From contig NC_045697.1 in NCBI RefSeq assembly GCF_009834535.1, positions 92,940,001-93,004,000 of the forward strand: a stretch of DNA of 64,000 nt, read 5' to 3'. The notes below the pieces were generated by a model, which made no database searches, was not told the DNA's origin, and was given only the letters and a program-made list of their open reading frames with translations. The position numbers were made by a program, and so were the translations under genes. Of the stretch, positions 54,151-64,000 are shown piece by piece. Origin of the DNA: Camelus ferus (taxonomy: Eukaryota). The first letter of the stretch is position 1. Every line of letters starts with the position of its first letter.

Positions 54151-57100
54151 GGAACCGCATGCTTACACAGGGACCAGGGTGGATGTTAAAATGGCTAAAT
54201 TGTGGCGTGGGAATAAGAAGCTGGACAGAAGCCTGAAGAAAGGATAGAGGAGTAACATCCACTTCCCAAACATATATTTTTCATAACTTGAAAGGTATTA
54301 TAAATTCAAGGGGGAGGATTAAGGAAGGGACTTAAACTGGAAAGTGCAGGGCTGGATTTGAATTTTATGTATTTCTTATTTGTTACATGTCTTCCTTTTT
54401 CAAAACCTGTAGTCATTTTAGCTTCTTCTTCTCAAGCAACTTGGTTTAAGTTTTGAGAAATAAATCTACAAAATATCAAATACAAATTATATCACTGGTA
54501 AAGTTATTTACTAACCCCCAAGCTGTTTCTGTGTTTTAGGTAATTTCCTAAGAGACCTTTTAATTTGGTGGTTTAGCTTAATATTCATAAATAAAGTTCC
54601 ATAAATAAATACTTATAAATAAAGCAACCTATGTTTTCGTGTTTTTAACATTTGACAGGAACACCTTCTAGAGTCTGAGGATATGGCAGTGAAAAAGCAT
54701 ACATTCCCTGCTGTCATGAATTTATATTCTAGGATGAGAAGATTTTGAAAAATGAATTTTTTTGCTTGATTGAAAGTTTAATATATATGCTGGGTCTAAT
54801 TAAAAAAAAATGTCTCCTTTGTTCTTCACAGAGGACATAGACTATCAATATTTTCAGAAGTCTCAGTGGTTTCATGTTTCTGCTAACACGTGAGGGCACT
54901 TTGAATAGCTATAGAAATGTGTTTAGAAACCAACAGGCTCTTCCCAATGTGATATCCATGAGCAGCTTCTAAACTCATCAGGGCTTTTGGTGATGCAAAG
55001 ATCGTGACAGTGATTTAGCTTTGTGGCCATGTGAGACAGGGTAGCCCGTTTTGTGGGGAAGAGTTCTTCCTTTCCTTTCAGAGGCTATTTTAAAGGTTAT
55101 GTTGAAGAAGAAAGGCAAACAACAGTCAAGCCCTAATGCAACCTGTATTTTGTGCATTTTCCAGTTGAAATATTCTCAAAAAAGGAGAAAATTTGAAGAT
55201 ATGAATACATTTATTACTGAGTCTCTGGAATATGGAAGAATGTGATGTGGGGTCATATCTTCCAAATTAAAAAAAAAAGACAAATTCATACAGCATAGGG
55301 TTATATTATGCCATAGGTATTTGCATTGATTGGAAAAGTTGATCCAGCTTGAACTTGAGATTGTCTTTATTTTTTATATATTTTTCTTCTTGTTAGGCTC
55401 CCAGGATATGGTAATGGCTAAAATTCTCTTGACAATCCATTTACAGATACAAATGCATATTTTACAGGCACACAGAGGCACTTTTTTCACATATAATTCA
55501 CCAGCCTATGTGACAGAATCTACAATCCAATCTCAAATTCCATTTGAGATATTTCTGGAGCTCAACTGAAAACTTTACGTTGAAGTTATTTCTGTAAAAC
55601 TTTCCAGAGGTCATCTGTTAAACACTACCTTGTAATAAATAGGGAAAGAAAAAAAAACTGAATCAAAATATCACCACAATTTGGAAATGAAGCCTTGGGA
55701 TACAGCACTTTTTTTCAATTTAAGTGCATTGAGATTATGGCAATGAGAAATATATATTTAGTTAGTTTAAAGAACTATGTTCTTAGGCGTTTATTAGAAC
55801 ACATCGAGTTTAGCTTTTTTCAAAACGTAATTACTATTTTATACTGGCAAACTATAATTGTCTTTTGTCACTATGCTAATGTAAGGGTACAGTAATACTC
55901 AAATCTTATACCAAGACTTATGCTTATGTGGTTGTAAGTGTTATATGTTGAGGTGTCTAATTCATTAAAACCTTTGTATTTTATTATAAATATATAGCAA
56001 TCATCATAAATAAGCTAAATCACCCATTTTGGTCTCTACTAACCACCAAGACCTCAAAGGTACTTAAAACTAAACTATTCTCAACCATTTCAACAGCTAG
56101 CCTCAATATTTCATGTTTTGTTTTTCTCACTTATCTCCATATAATCCTAGCAACCATGGTCCCCACTGATACTATATGAAGGACACATATTTGGACAGTC
56201 AAAAGAGTGTTTCAAAAACTTTTAGCAGGATTCTTGACGATTTTTTTTCTTACTAGTGAAAGATACAGCAGCCCATATTTTGAGAAGAGAATAAAGATCC
56301 TTATAAAACATGTTCTGTCATACATTGGAAGATTCGTTTTTGGGTGCACAAAACTGTGACATGGCTTTGAAAGACAGTTCTTATTTTAACTATTGTACTC
56401 TGCACTGGAATGAGCAGCAGAGCAACACTTTCTATTATTTTTAAGTCCATCTCCAAACACTTTCTCCCTTTGTTAGCTGTGTCATCATCCTTAGCCATTG
56501 TGTAGTGTGCGCACTGGACTGGACAGCCTGATGTGAGCTTTCATCTGGTTTAGTTGAGCCAGAATTTTACCTTTATTCTCCTTCTAAACCCCATTTAAAA
56601 TATTCTTGACACTGAACAATTGTACACAGACGTACCAGCCTTTGGGATAGTGCAGTCGGCTGAGTCTTCTTTAAGACTACTTCATTCTAGCACGTTATTG
56701 CTTTCTCCGCCTGACTGGTTGCATATTGCCACCCCTGCTTGTTGTATTCTCTGGGAACTGGACTGTGGGACCTCTCTGTACCATGTTCTCCTACTGATCT
56801 GTATATATATATTTTTTTCTTGCATCTTGCAGCTATGAACCTGTGATCATTCTTACAATAAAATACAGTGTAAACTTAGTGTAACCTAAAACAGTAATAA
56901 TTATTTCCAGTTTATGTTCATGAGAACCTAATTTATTTTACTTATAACGTTTAGTAAAATTATGCAAAACATCATCCCATGACACCATGTAAACTATATG
57001 CTTTATACGTTTACATTTGCTAGATTCCTAATCGTAAATATAACTACGTAATTCTAATTTCCTTATCATTCTCCATACCACTGACTTCAACGTGAGATCA

Positions 57101-57456
57101 CAAGAAAAACCAGTATTCTTGAAAAAAATTATTGATCAGAAATAATGGTTTTGTAATAAAGACAAAGTTTTTTTTTTAAGTGGAAAATTTATACTACTAA
57201 CTTGTAGCTTTACCTCTGATGTTTAAGGGGCTATGACCTAGTTTTCTCCCTTTCTTTCCTTAACTCCGTAAAGATGTGTATCTCTGCCTCTTCTACTTCT
57301 TATCCTCTGAACCGTTTATTTGTTTCTCTCTCTCTTATCCTCTTTCTTGTTTTATTTTGAATTGTCTTCGAGTTTTAACAATTCTTTCTTTCTTGCAATC
57401 TTAAATATTTTTGGGGGGTTCCCTTTCTTTGTGGCTTTGATGTGGGATTTGGGTTA

Positions 57457-57725
57457 GAGGCAGGTTGTGTTGGTTAGCACCATCGGTACCGAGGTCTGAC
57501 GAAATGGGCTTAAAACCAGGCTCTACCCCTTAGAAGCTATGATATCTTAGGGAAGCTGAATAATCATTCTGCACCTCAGTTTTGTCATGTGTGAAATGGG
57601 GATTCTCATAGTATCTACTTCATAGTGTTTTTTTGAGTGGAGATTAAATAAATGCAGTTACATTAGTAAATATATGACAGTAGTAACTGGTATATAGCAA
57701 GTGTCCCAAAACCTGTTAATATTAG
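57457..57725 (+). mobile_element. MIR SINE
   Basis: 'ggctctacccctt...tctgcacctcagttttgtcatgtgtgaaatggggat...atagtatctacttcatag...gattaaataa'. Confidence 0.85.
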
Positions 57726-57776
57726 TGTATGTAAATACTTCTCTGACTTCTATAGCCTCTCTTTACTTGTCTACAT

Positions 57777-57996
57777 GGTAGTTCTTAAGAGAGGGACATT
57801 TTGCTTCTGGAAGGACATGTTGCAATATCTGGAGACATTTCTGATTTTCACAACTTGGTTGGGGAGGTTGCTACTGGCATTGAATGGGTAGAGGCCAAAA
57901 ATGCTGCTCAAATCTCCTTCTATACACAGGACAGACCCCCATAAAAAAGAATTATCCAAGCTAAAATGTTATTAGTGCCAAGATTGAGGCATTCTG
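57777..57996 (+). mobile_element. MER20 (hAT-Charlie) DNA transposon
   Basis: Near full-length match: 'gcaatatctggagacattt', 'tgctactggcattgaatgggtagaggcc', 'cacaggacagacccc...aaagaattatcc...aaaatgttattagtgccaagattgag'. Confidence 0.9.
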
Positions 57997-59341
57997 TTCT
58001 AATACAATGCTTAAAACTGAATTGATACAACCACTAAAAGAATCCTAGAAAGAAACTGGCTCATAATAAAATCACTAAAATTATTTCAGATGCTTACGTG
58101 GTTTTAAATAACCAAGATTACAAAAAAGAATGATCTTTTATCAAGGAAATTGGGCAAAGGAGCAAATGTAGTGGATGCATCTCCACAGAGCATTAGTACT
58201 CATGAAACTTGGAGAAAGGCATATTGTAGCTTAAATAAGTGGTGAAATGGGGCGTCCTCTTGAGGTACTAAGTATCTTATTCCTGGGAAAGTTTTCAAAC
58301 AGAGCTCTCCAGTAATGTCCAGAAAAAGATTATTGGACTTGATTCTCTGAATAAACCTGAGATACTAGTTTTAGGTAAATGAAATATAATTTATCATGCA
58401 TGATTGCATTAAGATGAAGAGATATTTAGTGGGTTAAAACAGGTACCAACTGAAAATTATACTTTCTGAAATTTGACAGTCGAGGTAAGAAAAGGAAACG
58501 AACAGTAGCCTGAAAAGACAACAGCTTAAGAAATGACTTTTAAATCATTGTAATAGGAGGAAGGAGACAATCATGATTGCATATAAAGGGAAAGATGGTA
58601 TCTGGTGGATACATTTGAGATGTAAGACAGCAGGTACAATTGCTGAAGCAAAATTGAAGGGAACACAGGACAGTATGGAAAGGAAGGATGACTGCCTTGG
58701 TCCTTGAGAAAAGTAATGACTCTTCAAGGTATTGAGGAATGGTGAAAGGAGATGTGGCTATACTTTCAAGGAGGAAGAGAGTCAGTCAAGTTGGAATAAA
58801 GTTGAAAAGTTTTATGAAATTGTGAACCCTATATTGAAAGAACAGCAGAATAAATGACAAAGAGAAATTTTAGAGACAAGAAAAAATCTTAGAGAAGAGA
58901 AAGGATAATGTTATCTGCACAGGTGGGGGCTTGTAGAATGAGTGCTTTTTTCATTCTAAGGTTTGTAATGAGATCTATTCAGACCCTCAATGTTGAAGAG
59001 TGTAATTGCTCACAATTTACAGACACAAAAGCCTATCTTTTTTAGCATCCCTGGGATGGGATACTACCTACCCAAACCTGTGAAACTGGAGATATAACAA
59101 GAACTGAGGACTGAGACTTAAACACCATGCCTTGCCCTGAATTCCTTCTGTGCCTTTGCTTTTACTCCCTCATGGCTCTAATTCTGAACTTGTTTCAAAA
59201 TTGAAAGGAAATTGTTAATACAAATATCAGCAAGGCATCTTGTTTTATTATGTTTAACATAAGCTGTTTTAATGCTTAGAGTGATATGATTTGAAAGATC
59301 AAAAGTCGGATTTTTTTAAAATTAGAAAGTAGGTGAATCTA

Positions 59342-59585
59342 CTATATATAAAATAGATAAACGACAAGAACCTACTGTATAGCACAAGGAACTATATTCA
59401 ATTTCTTGTAATGAGCTGTAATGGGAAAAATCTGAAAATATACATATGTATGTGTATAACTGAATCGTTTTGCTGTACATATGAAACTAACATGGTAAAT
59501 CAAGTACACTTCAACAACAACAAAAATTTAAAAAAAGGAAATGTTTGAGATTTTTGAGAAGGGTAATGATATGATTTAAAAAAAA
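59342..59585 (+). mobile_element. Short LINE-1 3' UTR insertion with 16-bp TSD and extra 3' sequence
   Basis: L1 UTR to about 59537, then about 40 bp of non-L1 sequence and a second A-tract. Flanks aaagtaggtgaatcta (59326-59341) and aaaggaggtcaatcta (59586-59601). Confidence 0.85.
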
Positions 59586-59602
59586 AAAGGAGGTCAATCT
59601 AG

Positions 59603-60047
59603 GTATAAGATGATCAGCTGTCCAGATCCTAATTTAAGGCAGAGGTACTCATTGCCCCAGATGCTAACTGCTTGTGACTGCATCACTTCTCATGCATTGC
59701 CTTTAAGGCAAAGCTGTCTCATCCAAGTCTGTGGCCTTCCCCCTGGCTGGCACCCATCCCGTGACTAGTCAGTTGAATGATATGAATGTTATTCTCCTTG
59801 ACTCAATTCCAGACAATTCTGAAGTACCATCCTGGTTCCAGAACTCTGCATTGGACAGACTGAGGGGTTTCTTGTGTTAGTTTTTTGTTTTGGCAACTAC
59901 ATTGTTGTTCAACTTCTCGTTATGCCCAATCCAGATTTCTTTACGTCTTCACAAGTATTGTTTCTAGGCACACCCACCAATAAACTTTCTGCAAGCAAGT
60001 CTCTATCTTGATAGGAGCCTATTTCTAGGAGAACTGGGTCAAAGATT
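59603..60047 (+). mobile_element. LTR16(A)-like ERVL LTR
   Basis: 'ctcattgccccagatgct', 'gactcaattccagacaattctgaag', 'ttcaacttctc...tgcccaatcc' and 'caataaactttctgca'. Confidence 0.8.
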
Positions 60048-61711
60048 GTGAATTTTTCTTAAATCCGAGAAGAATAAATAAAAGAATGTCTGTAAAATAT
60101 TAGGAAAAAAGTCAGGAACTTAGATATTAGCATTATATAAGTTTCAATGTATGCGCTTTCTTCTATTGATTTTTAATATTTTGTTATACAGTAAATGAAT
60201 ATATAGTAGTAAAGTTTAGTATTGTTCACTAGAAAGCCATAGAAAATGTTGCCATTCATCCAGTGGTACCACGTTTAAAGACAAAGTAAGTTCTAAGTAT
60301 GTAAGTATTTCACTTTTGAGATGGCAAACCGAAATTTGTAAATGCCAACAGGAATGTACCAGGGTGCAACATTGATCATTTAATTCTAAGCTATTCTGAA
60401 TAGCCATTATGTTTCCAATGATATAAAAACAACTCACAGATTTGTAGCACTTGAAGTTTCTATATAAACTAATAATCCAGTTTAATTAGAAATAGAAAAA
60501 TCCATTATATTGGTGTTTCAGGAGAAGTTTGACAGTAGTGTTATGGCAAGTTTTTTAAGTATTATTTATTATATATTTTTATTATATTTCTAATTTCTCA
60601 CACTTCTAATTTCTTGAATACCTTTGAAATCCTGTTGGTATGCAGTCCAGACTTGTTCAGAATGGTAAAGGCAACAAGGCTACATGGAGATATCTTGAAG
60701 ATCAAAGTGACATGATTCAGACAATCATTTAGAATGTAGAATCCCGGTTACTCACACTGCAGCACAACTGCCTCCTTTCTCCAATAAAGAAAATATGTAT
60801 AATTGAATTCCCATTAAAGTTTGTTTAAACGATTTTTATTACATTATACAACACAATTTTATTATTTGTCCTGATGCTGCCTCTCTTCAAATACTCCTTG
60901 AGATCAACAGTATTTTTATATGCATACAATATACTATCAATTTTAGTCCATAAGTGCACATTTTACTGAATTATTACATTTTCAATTAGAAGTTACTCAA
61001 ATAAATTATCTTAATAAATCTAAAGTTTGGAAAATATCATAGTAGTGATTTTTATACATCATGGCATATGAAAGTGAAAATGCATTGGTTTATAAGACTC
61101 AATCTCATGACATGATAATTACTGTAGATACATAAACTTTTGCTTTGTTTTCTGAAAAAAGTCATTTGATGTATTTATTTATGATCAGATGAATATTATT
61201 AAATTTCTCTGCTATTTCCTCATTCTATTTATGGCTTGACATTTGCACAGTAAAAAATTCTTCTAACTCATATGTAGTTTAAATTTATTTATATCAAATC
61301 ATATAATTCAATTTGCTTATAATTTCAGACATGTGATTTTAAGGCACTATACTTGTTCTCAAACCATGAAATTCATATTTTAATATCATAATATTCACTA
61401 TTATGTTATTTTGATTGTATAAGAATCCAGTCTGTTTGAATATAATTCTTTCAAATCCTTTGGAAAAAAAAAAAAAAAACTACTCAAATCAACAATCAAT
61501 TGAAATGACTTTTGCACATTCATTAAAACTCATTAGATGCACATACATATTAATATAAAGAACACAATTTCCATTTCTGTGTTCATTTTCAAGAGCTTTA
61601 TGATTTGAATATTTTAAAATATTTAAAATCCTATGTCACTTCCCTGATTAATCAGAAGAAAATAGAAAATAATTGCAAAAATGAAAGACTCATTTTAAGG
61701 TAAAATTAGTG

Positions 61712-61777
<66 letters not shown>
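61712..61777. repeat. (TA)n(CA)n microsatellite
   Basis: Directly visible. Confidence 0.95.
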
Positions 61778-62733
61778 ATATATAGTTTAAAATGTATTAC
61801 CATTGGAATATTTCAAAGTTAATACTCATGATGAAAATGGTAGGTTAACTATAGATTAAGAGAAAAAATATCTCTAAACACCAACAAAAACAAAATGAGC
61901 AAAGAGAATAAAAAATGGTGTGGGGACTTCGTGTATGTCAAAAAATATAATTTATGCAAACTAAACCCCAAGGATTCTCTGCCATATATTGAAGTTTGTG
62001 TAAAATCAAAAAGCATGCTTCTCATAAATATTCATCATCTCATATTAAATGTTATAGAACATGTTATAAATTCACTGCTATAGAAAATAACTAGAAAATA
62101 TTCTGAGACATCCTCCAATTAACATTCCAATTTGCAAGTAAGAGTAAAATGCACAGAATCACCATATAATACCTTTCATGAAATAAAAAGTCAATATTAA
62201 AAAAAATATAGATGAGAGTCTGGAAAATTAGTTGTTTAATTTCAAAAACAAAGGCTGTCTAGAGGCCTGAGGAAATTTGTAGGAGACACGGGGCACTCCT
62301 GACGATTACACTGAGAGACTTGTCTTTACCACACACCAAGTTTTGCAGGGTCTATTATACTGAGAATAAAATAGAGAGTTTTGTTATTTTGTTTTTAAAA
62401 ATAATCTCTGATTTAACGTACACACACAGAAGCTCAAACCTTAAGAGCATGCTCTAACAAAGAACAACAGCAATACACTACTATGTTAAAGAGAGTACCC
62501 TCAATTTGACAAAGCAGTTTGTGAGAGTCAGTGAATATCGCTGATGTAAATTATCTTCACTTGATATGCAAAATAACAAAGAACAAACCAAAAATTCTGA
62601 TTGTTCATGGCTCACACTCCCGCTAACAGTAGTTTCTCGAACCAGGTAGAGTAACTCTTGGTACTAATATTTATGAAGAAAAAGCAGATAGAGTTAAAGA
62701 TCACTTATTAAGTGAAAATATCCTGTTTTCTTA

Positions 62734-63120
62734 TGTTAAAAAACAAAACTCAGCTGAGTAAATCTGAGGATCTAATTGGCTTTATTCAAGGATACATGAA
62801 TCAGGCGGTATCCCATGGAGCAGATAGAAAGGGTGCTCCAAAGAGCTGCAGAAAAAGAAAGGTTTTCAAAGGTAGAAAGGGGAAGGATGAAGGTCACAAA
62901 CAAAAGAAACGATTGTTTCAGGCAAGACCACCTTCCTCTGGGGGATGCAAGAAATCTATCAGGACCTCACTAGTGCTGAACAGGAAATTCCAGGTTAACT
63001 AGTTAAGATCATATTATTGGGAAAGTTTGAACTGCAACTGGTGTAGGCATTAGGTCCTAGTTTGGTGACCTGGGCTTGGTACAAGTGTCTCCATTTTGGC
63101 CTCCTGTCTCTTTTTTAACC
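62734..63120 (-). mobile_element. ERV1-class solo LTR with 4-bp TSD CTTA
   Basis: Ends tgttaaaaa...tttttaacc form an inverted repeat. CTTA at 62730-62733 and 63121-63124. Minus-strand AATAAA (plus tttatt) near 62781. Confidence 0.85.
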
Positions 63121-63271
63121 CTTACCGTCATCAGTTAACTAAATACGTGATAAAATAATGTCAAATGCACAGCACTGTAAATTAATTTCCGTGTGAATGA
63201 TCAAATAGTACTTAGTGAACAGTACAAAAAAGGAGACAGTATTCATCCTTTTGTCTAATTATTGTTGATGA

Positions 63272-63756
63272 TGTTGCTGCTAAACCGGCCTCTGTACCTT
63301 TAAAGATGGACTGAGATTTGGAGGCAGTTTTGGAAGGAAAATAACATCTTTATTGCTTTGCCAGGCAAACAGGAGTTGGCAGGCTAATGCCTTAGAGACT
63401 GTGACTCCATCCTGGGGTTGGGGTCTTGAGGTTTTATAGAAAAACAGAATGGAACAGAAAAGGAGTAAACAATCAGGGCATTTTGCAGGGTGCTGCTACA
63501 TTCCTCTTAACCTGGAATGTTTGTGGCGTCATGGGGGAACTGTGGAGGGTTGGTCCATCCTTCTAAGATTATTGGCCCATTACCTCCTTCCTAGAGCATA
63601 GCCTCTGGGTTAAAGAACGTAAGGGAAAAGTTTGGGGGCTATTTAGCACAAAAGCAGTAAAGGAGATAAAACAAACTGCAGGGTTTCTTAGAATCATCAA
63701 ACTGTTTGAGCACCAGGGAAGTCAGTTTAAACTGTTTCCTTCTCCTTCACGGATAC
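63272..63756 (-). mobile_element. ERV1-like solo LTR
   Basis: Begins tgttgc. 'ctttattgctttgccaggcaaa...caggctaatgcc' contains a minus-strand AATAAA. Right boundary approximate. Confidence 0.7.
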
Positions 63757-64000
63757 TGTTGCTGAGGTAGTTCATTTATTTGACAAAAGTGGAGTTCATA
63801 GCAATTTGAAATGTATTTCAGTTGTATTCTAGGACTAATCATAAGGTAAAGATATAAAAATAGCTATACTTCTGTCATGTATCTATATCTATATATATAA
63901 CTAACACAATATGAAGTATTATATTTTTAAAGTGTATGTGTGAAAACAGATGATAGTTAGATAGATGGATAGATAATTCACTCTGTCCCTAAGAAAGTCA

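Noticed and set aside
56301..56498. 65-aa minus-strand ORF MAKDDDTANK in unique sequence
   Set aside because: No recognisable homology and no convincing splice sites.
1..64000. CRISPR arrays, operons, tRNA/rRNA genes, CpG-island promoters
   Set aside because: None seen. The sequence is mammalian non-coding DNA with no repeat-spacer arrays or CpG-dense region.

Overview
This 64-kb window is AT-rich, CpG-poor, repeat-dense eutherian intronic or intergenic DNA. I could not support any intact protein-coding gene. The only ORF with a recognisable product (26379-26909) is a LINE-1 ORF2 C-terminal fragment. The young L1 3' ends look cetartiodactyl and possibly camelid; this is recalled similarity, not a database result. 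I saw no Alu, B1, Bov-tA, CHR or PRE-1 SINEs. The window holds young 5'-truncated L1s with visible target-site duplications (TSDs), older L1M fragments, L2, MIR, MER20, ERV1/ERVL/MaLR solo LTRs, ERVL internal remnants and microsatellites. Four observations stand out: (1) a candidate 32-nt minus-strand microexon at 14682-14713 with strong splice sites and downstream GCATG/YCAY motifs, suggesting a large minus-strand host gene; (2) a 25-nt tailless U6 snRNA retrocopy with a 22-bp TSD at 2827-2895; (3) a short L1 with a possible 3' transduction at 59326-59601; (4) a perfect 38-bp tandem duplication. I found no convincing evidence of a new biological system. Repeat family names come from recalled consensus motifs, and boundaries without TSDs are approximate.
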